From: a virus
Taxonomy: Duplodnaviria; Caudoviricetes
DNA length: 64,000 bases
Reading direction: 5' to 3' (one strand)
Virus record (IMG/VR): IMGVR_UViG_3300014205_000187
Location: 32,001 to 96,000 of that record
Shown: one piece after another, positions 19,515 through 29,100 of the stretch
Numbering within the stretch: the first letter of the stretch is position 1
Layout of the letters: each line of letters begins with the position of its first letter
Made by a program: the position numbers and the translations under genes
The notes under the pieces: generated by a model
What the model saw: the letters and a program-made list of their open reading frames with translations, nothing else
Database searches by the model: none
Told to the model about the DNA's origin: nothing

Positions 19515-20090
19515 ATGCCGTTAATTATTGGAATTGCAGGTAAAAAACGCTCAGGAAAAGACACTGTGGCGCAGATGATTATCGACAACGCGCAAATGGT
19601 CGGAGTCAAAGCTGTGCGTCGTGCAATGGCTGATCTGCTCAAAGAAGAGTGTGCCTCGCTGGTGTCCTCTACAACTGGCAGAGATTATAAAACAGTTCTC
19701 GAAGAGATGTATCGAGACGAAACCAAAGAACGGTATCGCTTATTACTCCAATTTTGGGGGACCGAACTTCGCCGGGAAATGTGCGACAAAGATTATTGGG
19801 TCAATGCCATGAACCTTTGGATAGCACGTAACTGTGGTCCTCAGCAGATTGTGGTCATTCCAGACATTCGATTCCCCAATGAGATTGAACTCGTTAATCT
19901 GCTGAATGGCTATAACTTCCTGGTTTTTCGTCCGGGGCTTGAAAACTTCGATACGCACATCTCGGAAACAGCTTTGGACGATTATACTGCGTGGGCGGGG
20001 ACGTTCATGAATGACCAGGGACTTCCTGAGCTGGAGAAACTGGTCAGAGTTACTCTGGTTGATTTGATTGATCGTGTCTGGGGTCATTAA
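19515..20090 (+). CDS. Deoxynucleoside monophosphate kinase
   Basis: GKKRSGKDT, RLLLQFWGTE, PDIRFPNE, HISE. Confidence 0.9.
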   Translation: MPLIIGIAGKKRSGKDTVAQMIIDNAQMVGVKAVRRAMADLLKEECASLVSSTTGRDYKTVLEEMYRDETKERYRLLLQFWGTELRREMCDKDYWVNAMNLWIARNCGPQQIVVIPDIRFPNEIELVNLLNGYNFLVFRPGLENFDTHISETALDDYTAWAGTFMNDQGLPELEKLVRVTLVDLIDRVWGH

Positions 20091-20513
20091 GTGCGAACAG
20101 CTATTCTGCCAGCAAAAGCTATGATACTGGCGCGTGGCAAGTTTCAGGCATTCGAGCTGGAGCCTGGAGACCTCATACAAGCGTATGACTATAATGCTCG
20201 GCGTCCAGTAATGGCAGCAATATCGACAAATACCCCAGTCGAACCCGTCAAAAAGATTCTGGCTCCGGTGCTTCAGTTCAAAATCATACCATTTTCGCTG
20301 GTAACAAAAGCTCTGACTCCACAAGGAGAAAAGAGTCTGGCTGACGGTGCTCGACAGTTCATCGGATACTGCAACAGTAATCCTACCAAACTGCTTATAC
20401 GCACGATAGACGCTCTTATAGAGTATGATGAAATGGTAGATGCTGTACAATTAATGTGGGAATGGCCGCAATATATCTGGGTCGAAGGAATCTTAGTTGG
20501 GATTGACGCATGA
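20091..20513 (+). CDS. Free-standing degenerate Hint-domain protein
   Basis: ELEPGDLIQAYD (intein N-terminal region), LTPQG, terminal VQLM...YIWVEGILV (blocks F/G); catalytic residues absent. Confidence 0.55.
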   Translation: MRTAILPAKAMILARGKFQAFELEPGDLIQAYDYNARRPVMAAISTNTPVEPVKKILAPVLQFKIIPFSLVTKALTPQGEKSLADGARQFIGYCNSNPTKLLIRTIDALIEYDEMVDAVQLMWEWPQYIWVEGILVGIDA

Positions 20514-22108
20514 CGCACGACATAATAAATCAACTAACTGCCATATATATTCGTGACCCTGACGAAGGCGAAGCCATAGCCAGAGAGTTCGGACTCTGGG
20601 AATCTTTATACGAGAGTGTGTTTAAGCCTCTTCTACGGCAAGTATGTTACGAAGACGTAAATCGCTTCATCGAGTATATTTTCGTAGACCCTGAAACTCG
20701 TGGAGCTGTTGAACAGCAAGACTTTCACGAAGAGTGGCAGCAACTCATTACTGACCACGATAGAGTTTTAATCGCTGCTCCCAGAGGTCATGGAAAGTCC
20801 TATCAAAACATTGGTAGAGCTATATGGGAGCTTGGCCGCAATCATAACCTGAGAATTAAAATCCTTGGTTCAGGTGACGATAAAGCCAAAGAAATCCTCG
20901 GTCTCATCCGAGAGAACATCGCAAAAAACCCCAAAGTTCAAGAGATATTTCCTACTTTACAAATTGATGTTGCCAGAGGAGATACTCAGACCAAGTTCTT
21001 CGTGGTGCGCGACATCATGCAAAGAGACGCCTCGGTCGAAGCCTCTGGTGTTCTATCGGCTGGTGCTGGTGGTCGTGCAGACTTACTTATCTGCGACGAC
21101 GTTGTAGACCTCAAAAACTCCGTTATCAATCCGGTTCTGCGCGAACAAGTCATCAACGCTGTCAAAGAGACCTGGTTCTCTCTGGTATCTGCTTCAGGTA
21201 AAATTGTCTGGATATGCACACCTTACCACGTTGCCGATGCCAGTCATAATCTCAGAGACACTGGAGTATTCAAAGTTTGGTGGACTCCAGCTATCACAAT
21301 CACTCGACATTTTGATGATGACGGCAATGAGATCATCGATGAAGAGACTCAACAGCCAAAAGTCACAAAGACTATCCTGTGGCCGGACAAATGGAGTGAA
21401 GAAAAACTCAAAAAACGTGAACAGGAAGTCGGTTCGAGAGTTTTTGCCCGACAGTATCTTCTCAATGCAATGTCGGACGATGAACGCACATTCCCTGAAG
21501 TCTCCCTGGAAAAGAGTTTTGATCGAACGAGACGTTACATTGGCGAAGATATTGACCCTGAATGGCCTACTTTTGGTGGCGTAGATTTGGCTTCAGCTCT
21601 GGGTAAAAAGAATGCCTGGACAGTTATCTGGACTCTGGCAAGAAGTCCTCATGACAATCGATTATATCTAAAAAATCTGTATCGAAAACGAATGAAGTTC
21701 CCGGAAATAATGAGGACTTTGAAAGAACAATATCTGGAACAGCACTGGCAGCTTTGTCTTGTGGAAAACAATCAATTCCAGCAAGCTGTTATCGACGCCG
21801 CCGAAGAAGTCGATAAATCAATACCTATCGAATCGTTCACCACGGGCATCAATAAAGCTAACGAGTTAGTTGGATTACCAGGTATGGCAGTAGCTTTTGA
21901 GAAATCTCAGTTTGCGATACCTGCGGCTTTATTTCCATTGGACCCTGACGATACATCACCTCTTGCTATTTTGATGAATGAACTTCGGACACATCCAGGA
22001 GGAGAGTTCAGTGATACTGTTATGGCTCTTTGGTTTGCTTGGATAGCAGCCCAAAGAAGCAGTGGTGACTTTGAGGACGCCTATATGGAAGCTGTAAAGT
22101 CTATATAG
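20510..22108 (+). CDS. terL: Terminase large subunit
   Basis: APRGHGKS, GGRADLLICDD, CTPYH, GVDLA nuclease motif, VENNQFQ, DTVMALW. Confidence 0.93.
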   Translation: MTHDIINQLTAIYIRDPDEGEAIAREFGLWESLYESVFKPLLRQVCYEDVNRFIEYIFVDPETRGAVEQQDFHEEWQQLITDHDRVLIAAPRGHGKSYQNIGRAIWELGRNHNLRIKILGSGDDKAKEILGLIRENIAKNPKVQEIFPTLQIDVARGDTQTKFFVVRDIMQRDASVEASGVLSAGAGGRADLLICDDVVDLKNSVINPVLREQVINAVKETWFSLVSASGKIVWICTPYHVADASHNLRDTGVFKVWWTPAITITRHFDDDGNEIIDEETQQPKVTKTILWPDKWSEEKLKKREQEVGSRVFARQYLLNAMSDDERTFPEVSLEKSFDRTRRYIGEDIDPEWPTFGGVDLASALGKKNAWTVIWTLARSPHDNRLYLKNLYRKRMKFPEIMRTLKEQYLEQHWQLCLVENNQFQQAVIDAAEEVDKSIPIESFTTGINKANELVGLPGMAVAFEKSQFAIPAALFPLDPDDTSPLAILMNELRTHPGGEFSDTVMALWFAWIAAQRSSGDFEDAYMEAVKSI

Positions 22109-22151
22109 TCACCCATTTTGACGTTGAATCTGGTATTATATACAAACATTG

Positions 22152-22160
22152 TGCTATACT
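22152..22160 (+). promoter_or_regulatory. Extended -10 promoter for the portal gene
   Basis: TGcTATACT 13 nt upstream of ATG 22174. Confidence 0.5.
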
Positions 22161-22173
22161 GGGGGCAATAATT

Positions 22174-23943
22174 ATGGCTACTCCAATTGGAACATACGCA
22201 AGTTCGACAGGCAAAGATGATCTCATAAGTGCGCCTTTCTGGGCTAAAAAGCTCGGTAGAACATTCAAGGCTCTCTTTAACCCAGATTCCCCTACAGCTA
22301 TGCACCCTGCCTCTGAACCTCGTGACTCTCTGGTCATGACAGGTTTGACCAATGCAGATTCTCTAGCTTCTATGGCTAATGCCTGGAGAGTCCATCAAAC
22401 TCGAAAATCTGTCTATCAGGACATCGAACGGATGGATTCTGAAGATGAGATGGTGGCAACAGCTCTCGATATTATAGCCGACTGTTCTGTATCTTATACC
22501 GATACCAGCGGATTCCACTTCAAGATTCGATCTGATGATGCTGAAACTCAAAAAGTACTCCACGCTCTCGAAAAAAGACTCGATCTGCACAATGAGATTT
22601 GGCAAATATGCAGAGATATGGTGAAGAATGGTAACGATTTCCGAGAAGTGGTCATAGATAGACAGACAATGAAGATCGTTGCGTTCAAACAGACCATCTC
22701 TTATCAGATATACCCTAAAACCAACAAACGTGGAGATAAGCTGCCTGGCTGGGTAGTCAAAGAAGACGGCGACATCTACATGTCCAACGGCAAAGAATTG
22801 GAGCTTGAGGAGTGGCAGATTTGTCCATTCATCTTCGGTTCCAAAAAAGGTTTCCTGGCATCCCCACCTCTTGCGGCTGCTCGTAGAAACTGGATTCGTC
22901 TGACAAAGATGGAAGATGGTATGGCTGTAGCTCGACTTATCAGAGCTTACGACAAAATGGTTCACAGGATTCCGGTCAAGCCCGAAATGCCTGTAACCGA
23001 CATCATGAATCGAATCAGGATGTATAAAGACAGCATCAGCAAGAGGAGAATCCTCGACAGCGATGGTATGATGACGCAGGTTGACAATAACCTGGACGTT
23101 CAAACAGACTTTTATCTGCCGGATGACGGCTCCGGTCGAGGTGGAGTCGATCTACTCTCAGCAAATAACACTCAGCTTGGAAACTTGAATGACATTATTT
23201 ATCATCGAGAAAAACTCCTCACCCGTCTTCAGGTTCCTATCGCATATTTGCAGATCACCACGGCTCAGAAAACTCACATAGCTTCTGGAGCATCGTCTCA
23301 GAAAGCCGATGTAGAGATTCAATTTGCTCGTATGCTTCGACGTGTACAGCGTCAACTTCTCAAAGGAATCCATCGACTTTGTGATCTGGAATTGATGCTC
23401 AATGGTATTACTCCTGAGCGTGGTAGCTACAAAATCGAAGTCACTGAGATCAATACTGTAGACCTCAAAAAAGATGCCGACATTGAACTCACTTATGCTC
23501 AGGCAGCCGTGTTCTTCGTGGAAGCGTTCGGAGCACTACCTCCTGAACTCATCGCTGAAAAGTTCATGCATCTTGATAACGATCAGCAAAAACTTCTGGA
23601 TACATTCCTGAAAACCAGCGGTGCCAGACTCACAGAGGCCAAGATTAAAGGGGCTGAAGCTGCTGGACAGCCTAAACCTGCTCCTGGGTCTGATGCTCTA
23701 CCGAAAAAAGGCACTGGAAACTCTACAAAAAATAGAGCAGCCAGGAGTGGAGAACAAAAAGGCACCAAACAAAGTATCCCTCTGGAAGCCTTTGTTGACG
23801 TTATGTATGATCTCGCTGAGGGCATAAATGAAGACTTCAGAAATCAAGGCATAGAAGTCCCTGAGTTGGACGAAAGCCATAGGAATGTGATTCGAGCAAA
23901 CCTGGCCTCCATAATTCAACGCGATAATTTGGTTCTTGAGTAA
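22174..23943 (+). CDS. Portal protein, T4 gp20-like
   Basis: ALDIIAD, RLTKMEDGMAVARLIRA, DFYLP, DIIYHREKL...LQVP, EIQFAR; directly follows TerL. Confidence 0.88.
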   Translation: MATPIGTYASSTGKDDLISAPFWAKKLGRTFKALFNPDSPTAMHPASEPRDSLVMTGLTNADSLASMANAWRVHQTRKSVYQDIERMDSEDEMVATALDIIADCSVSYTDTSGFHFKIRSDDAETQKVLHALEKRLDLHNEIWQICRDMVKNGNDFREVVIDRQTMKIVAFKQTISYQIYPKTNKRGDKLPGWVVKEDGDIYMSNGKELELEEWQICPFIFGSKKGFLASPPLAAARRNWIRLTKMEDGMAVARLIRAYDKMVHRIPVKPEMPVTDIMNRIRMYKDSISKRRILDSDGMMTQVDNNLDVQTDFYLPDDGSGRGGVDLLSANNTQLGNLNDIIYHREKLLTRLQVPIAYLQITTAQKTHIASGASSQKADVEIQFARMLRRVQRQLLKGIHRLCDLELMLNGITPERGSYKIEVTEINTVDLKKDADIELTYAQAAVFFVEAFGALPPELIAEKFMHLDNDQQKLLDTFLKTSGARLTEAKIKGAEAAGQPKPAPGSDALPKKGTGNSTKNRAARSGEQKGTKQSIPLEAFVDVMYDLAEGINEDFRNQGIEVPELDESHRNVIRANLASIIQRDNLVLE

Positions 23944-24705
23944 ATGATTGAGATTATCAACGGTGACTGCGTGGCCGAGATGGAAAAACTCGGCAAACAA
24001 TCTGTCAATTGCATAGTCACATCTCCCCCTTACAACTTCGACATCAACTATAATGAATACGATGATGGCATGCCCCGAGACAAATACTTAGACTGGCTCG
24101 TAGACGTGGCTCATTCGATGCACAAGGTCTTAACCAAGGATGGCAGCATCTTTCTAAACGTAGGATTCAAACCCACAGACCCCTGGTTGCCTTATGATGT
24201 CTTAAATGTGTTTAGACGCACGTTCTACGCTCAGAACCAGTTCATCTGGGCCAAAAGTGCCTATGTTCCTCAAGCCAAGAAAACCTATGGACATTTTCGT
24301 CCACTCAACTCTCCACGATTCGTTAATCGATGCTGGGAGTTTGTTTTCCATCTCACCAGAACCTCTGATGTCGTTCTTGATCGATTGGCTTTAGGAGTTC
24401 CTTACGAAGATAAAAGCAACAAGCGTCGTTGGAGTAATCCTGATGATCTTCGATGTCGAGGAGATGTATGGTTCATTCCTTATGAGACAAAACAGAAAAA
24501 GGGTAAACATCCGGCAACATTCCCGCCGAAGTTGGCGATGTATGCTTATGCTCTACATGGTCTTGACCGAATAGAGCTTGCGATGGACCCGTTTGTTGGA
24601 GAAGGAAATAGTGCTGTGGCCGCTAAAAAATTGGACTTGAACTTTGTTGGTATCGACATCGACTCTTTATACTGTGAAATAGCGAGAAAAGCTGTAAAAG
24701 GCTGA
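23944..24705 (+). CDS. DNA N4-cytosine/N6-adenine methyltransferase (beta class), orphan
   Basis: TSPPY precedes HPATFP and DPFVGEG; no cognate restriction endonuclease nearby. Confidence 0.92.
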   Translation: MIEIINGDCVAEMEKLGKQSVNCIVTSPPYNFDINYNEYDDGMPRDKYLDWLVDVAHSMHKVLTKDGSIFLNVGFKPTDPWLPYDVLNVFRRTFYAQNQFIWAKSAYVPQAKKTYGHFRPLNSPRFVNRCWEFVFHLTRTSDVVLDRLALGVPYEDKSNKRRWSNPDDLRCRGDVWFIPYETKQKKGKHPATFPPKLAMYAYALHGLDRIELAMDPFVGEGNSAVAAKKLDLNFVGIDIDSLYCEIARKAVKG

Positions 24706-24740
24706 TAAAGAATACGCCCCTTCCTCATCAGCCTTTTACA
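24693..24740. terminator. Probable bidirectional terminator between the convergent MTase and peptide genes
   Basis: Perfect 14-bp inverted repeat tgtaaaaggctgat/atcagccttttaca. Confidence 0.7.
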
Positions 24741-24754
24741 TCGTCACCAACCAA

Positions 24755-24844
24755 TTATGTTATTACGAGTTTGTACTTACTGATAAAATAGGTGATTAGG
24801 ACACCTACCACAAATCCTACTGCACCAGCTCCCAGATAATACAT
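24755..24844 (-). CDS. 29-aa single-TM peptide (absent from ORF track)
   Basis: MYYLGAGAVGFVVGVLITYFISKYKLVIT; GAGGTG SD; TGcTATAAT promoter at 24871-24863. Confidence 0.7.
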   Translation of the reverse strand: MYYLGAGAVGFVVGVLITYFISKYKLVIT

Positions 24845-24921
24845 GATGCTCACCTCAAGCACATTATAGCACATTCAATAAAAAACACATCAGTAGTAAT
24901 ACCTGTTTTGTCTGAAATGGG

Positions 24922-24950
24922 TTGACAGTTAATTATCTATCCATTATACT
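24922..24950 (+). promoter_or_regulatory. Near-consensus sigma70 promoter
   Basis: TTGACA-17-TATACT. Confidence 0.85.
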
Positions 24951-24989
24951 GAAAATGTAGAACAGACATCTAACTAGGAGGCAACAAAA

Positions 24990-26021
24990 ATGAAAAGCAG
25001 AGTCGAATCACAGTTCGTTCAGCACGGAGATATTGGAGCCGTTTATGGCGGCACCATCGTTGATAACTCTTTGAGCATCGATGAAGCTCTCAAAGAATCT
25101 GGTCTCGACTGGGAAGTCGGTGTCGATAGAGTCAGAATGGCAAAGAAAACAGGTGGCAAGGTTATTCCTGGATTCTTCGCCACGTATCGAATGGACACCG
25201 GAGACCCGCTCGGAATTGTTAAGACACGATACAATCCGGTGCAGAATCGTGATGCCTTTGCATGGTTGAGATACATTATCGGTGTAGACGGAGCCTGCGT
25301 CACATCTGCCGGTGCGCTGCACAAAGGCCGATACACTTGGGTCTGTATAGACCTTGGTGGATTTGATGTCTTGCCTGAAGACGCTGTTCGGAAACGCATG
25401 CTGATTCTCAACTCACATGATGGTTCCTCGAATATCCTGGTGCAGCTCCTTCCTCATAGGATAGCTTGCCAGAACATTTTGAACTTCTCGTATGGAGTCA
25501 AAAAAGGTGACGGAGACGAAAACTATGGAGGCGGCAGCGACCCATTCAAGATTCGTCACACTGGCACAGCGATGATTAAGCTGTCTGAAATCCAGCGAGT
25601 CATCGGGGTAGCCAATACAAACTTCGATAGAGTTCAGGCATCTTTCGAGGCATTCAAATCTACTACTGTCACTCCAGAACAAAACGATGCTATCATCTAT
25701 GCCGCTCTGGGAGTGACAGACGAAGATCGAAACCTGTACAATGCCGGGGAGTTTGAGAAGACTCCTCAGTGGGTCAATCACTTCGGTCTTATCAACGATG
25801 TCATCGAAAAAGGCCCCGGCTCTGACATCAAAGGTGTCCGAGGAACGGTCTGGGGAGCATTCAACGGCATCAACAGCTACTTCGATCATATCCGAACTGT
25901 CAGAGGTTCTGAGAAGAATCCTGACAACGCCATCGAAAGCAAGTTGATGGGTCACTCGGCGAAAATGAAGGTCAAAGCATTCGATGCCTGTCTCAACGCC
26001 GTCGAGATTCTCAAAAATTAA
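24990..26021 (+). CDS. DUF932/DUF945-family phage/plasmid protein
   Basis: GLDWEV, YNPVQNRDAF, LNSHDGS, RIACQN, IRHT, GTVWGAFNG. Confidence 0.88.
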   Translation: MKSRVESQFVQHGDIGAVYGGTIVDNSLSIDEALKESGLDWEVGVDRVRMAKKTGGKVIPGFFATYRMDTGDPLGIVKTRYNPVQNRDAFAWLRYIIGVDGACVTSAGALHKGRYTWVCIDLGGFDVLPEDAVRKRMLILNSHDGSSNILVQLLPHRIACQNILNFSYGVKKGDGDENYGGGSDPFKIRHTGTAMIKLSEIQRVIGVANTNFDRVQASFEAFKSTTVTPEQNDAIIYAALGVTDEDRNLYNAGEFEKTPQWVNHFGLINDVIEKGPGSDIKGVRGTVWGAFNGINSYFDHIRTVRGSEKNPDNAIESKLMGHSAKMKVKAFDACLNAVEILKN

Positions 26022-26039
26022 CCCCGCCGCATACGTGTA

Positions 26040-26075
26040 AAAAGGCCAGGTATTCAGTTGAATATCTGGCCTTTT
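26040..26075 (+). terminator. Rho-independent terminator
   Basis: aaaaggccag...ctggcctttt. Confidence 0.8.
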
Positions 26076-26176
26076 CTGCGTACCCCTCAGAAAATTATTT
26101 CATGTGGACAGTCTAACAAGTTGACTATCTGTTAAAGTAGAACCAGCGACTTTACAGAAGCGAGGTCAGACACATC

Positions 26177-29100
26177 ATGGCGAGACTCCTTGCAAAACCG
26201 AAGTCCCGGCTTTTGGTCACTCAAGTGGCTAAGAGAAAGGATGTAAGTCCTGATACGGGAGAAAAGAAATACGGTGATGTCAAGTTCGCTGACCCGACGA
26301 ACAGTAAGTATCCGATAGACACTAAAGAACATGCAAAAGCGGCCTGGAGTTACATCAACAAGTCTAAAAACGCTGCTAAATACAGCGCGTCAGACTTGAA
26401 GGGAATCAAAAGTCGCATTAAGACCGCTTGCAAAAAGTTTGGTGTTGAAATCTCTGCGGACGAACAGGCAGTCTTCGAGCATGACCCGATGATGGAAGTG
26501 ACTCAGAGCCACTACTACATCGATGGAAGCTATGAAGACCACTGCTCCAAAATCTCGGCAGCTTTCAAGCAGTGGCGTAGGATGGAAGAGTATTGGGATT
26601 ATAGGTGGGCCAATATCCTTGGTATTACCGATACCTCGATCTACTTCTACACTACCGACTGGGATTCCACAGAGCCGGAATACTTCGAGATTGGCTACTC
26701 TGTTGAAGGTTCAAAAGTAGTCATAAACGGTGAAGTCCAACGGGTCGATGTAAAACTCATGGTTGACACTCTGGCTGTGCCTGATGACGATGATGAGTCG
26801 AGCATACAAGGGGACGACACACAAACCGGAGAGGAGCAGAAACCGATGGAAACAAAACAGGATACAGTGCCCGATGAGTCGGCCATCACTGATGCTGCGG
26901 TTGCGGCCCCTGCTCAAATTGGCAGTCCTGCGCCGAGTGGAACTGGCAAGAAAACCGATGCTGAGACCAAAGGTTCTTCCGTGGAAGACCCTGCCGCCGA
27001 TGCTAACAGCAATAAACCGGCAGATCACAGTGACGGTGAGGGGGCCAGCGAAGAGGCTGCCGATGGCAGCAGCAAAACTGCCGTGAAAGAAGCACTCGAT
27101 ACAACGGCACCGGGTTACAAGGGTGAACCGGCTGGCACCGATGGAACTCCTGAACCTTACGCTGGTCAGTCTGACAAGCGAGAAGCTCAACAGGGTGTTC
27201 CTTACGATCAGGCCGGACAGTCGATGTGCTACATCCAGAAAGTCGAAAAGACTACTGGAGCTGATGGCAAAACCCTCATGAAAATGCAGGGTATCGCCAC
27301 CAGAGGCGACATCGTAAACAAGGTAGGCCAGGTCTACCCGTTGAGCGTTTGGGAGAAGAATCTCCCTGAGATGAACAAGCAGGCTGCGAACGGCAAGTTC
27401 ATCGGAAAGCTCGAACACCCAGAAATGGAACAAGGCTTGGTAGATACCGCTATCAAGTTTGACCGATTTTACCTCCAGGGAAGTGACGTGTGGTTCGAGG
27501 CTACCGTCGTTCCCACGGAACCTCACGGTAAAAACCTCCAAGCTCTGCTCGAAGCTGGAGTTCAGGTTGACATGTCCACTCGTGGATATGGCACGTTCGC
27601 AATGCAAGATTGGCGTGGCACCGAGCGGCCCGTCATGCAAGATGACTTCGTTTGCACAGCTATCGACGCTGTGTGGCACGGAGCATCTTCCGGCTCTGGC
27701 GTGAAGTCCACTTCTTACCAGAGCGACCCTAATCTCGAAAAAGGAGAGCAAAAACCAGTGGAAACCAAAGACACCACCACTCAATCCGATGTTCAGGTAA
27801 AGGCTGCTGCAATCAGAGCCAGTGCCGAACTCAAACAGACTAGGGCCGCTCTTCTGGGCGATGCCGGTCTGAACGAACTGGGAATGAAGGCTTACCAGAC
27901 TGCACTTGATAAGTGCGATAGTCTGGAAAACCTCATCGTTACCAGTGAGACGCTGCTTCCGCACCTTCAGGCTACATTCCCTGCGGCCACAGGTGACGCT
28001 CAGGAAGTGACCCAGAGCGCAACTTACAGTCCTACATTCTTCAAAAAGCAGAATCAGGAAGAGGCTGCTCCGCAGAACGTGGGCGAATTGCTTGACCGTA
28101 TGGTAGCCGATCTGCCGGACCATTACGAAGGTCAAGCCGTCAATCCCAATTTGCCGAGCCACTTCAGCTCCCCTCGGGCAGCGTGTAAGAGGCTCATGGT
28201 CAATATCGCACGGGAACAGCAAGGTTCATTCTCCGGTCGCAACGCCGCTCTCGGCCTCTTGGCTCTTGAGCAGGGCAAGATTGACCGGGCGCAGGATATT
28301 CTCTTGCAAAGCCTCGCAACCGGCGCAACCATCGCTGATGGAAACGCTGATGGTGGTGGTGCTCCTTTGAGCAACTACCTCATCTTCCCGTTGGTCAGAC
28401 GTGTATTCCCCATGTATATCATGGGTATGATCGCTAGCATCCAGCCGCTCGACAGGCCGGAAGGTAAGATTTTCTTCCTCGATCAGTACCGTGTAGACGG
28501 TTCTGCTAACGAGACAAGAATCGACCTGAACACTTCGAGCAATCCGTTCAATTCTTCGTTTGCTGACAACGCCACTGAAGGTTCGGCGGCTATGCAGATG
28601 AGACTCCGCTTGACGAGTGCCCTGGTTCAGGCGCATACCAAGAAATTGGGCGCGTCCTGGTCACTCGAAGAAATGCAGGATTTGAGAGCCTACCACGGTC
28701 TCGATGCTGCACAGGAGCTTCTCGGAGGCGTCGCTCGTGAGATGGCTTTGGAGTGGAACAAGGAAGTCCTGGACGACATGCTGGCTCAGGCTACAGCGTC
28801 CGCTTTGACCTTCGGAACTACCATTCCGGCTACTGGGTTTACTCAGCAGAAGGATTGGGACGAGTATCTGTGGGTCTACCTCAACAAGCTCGATTCGGCC
28901 ATTTTCTCAAAGAGAAATGGGGCTATGACTCACATCATAGCTGGCGTCGATGCTGCTCTCGCAATGAGCAAGTCCATGCGCGGCGTCTTTACGTTCAACG
29001 CCAACGATGATGGCGTTGATGGAGAGATTTATCCGGGAACCACGTTCTACGGAACAGTCTCTATCCCTGGTGCTGGTAAGTATAAAGTTCTGAGAACGAA

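Noticed and set aside
26711-28222. 503-aa antisense ORF and similar shadow ORFs (e.g. 22363..23103, 19743..20450)
   Set aside because: They lie opposite well-supported genes and show no motifs or ribosome-binding sites; likely a codon-bias artefact
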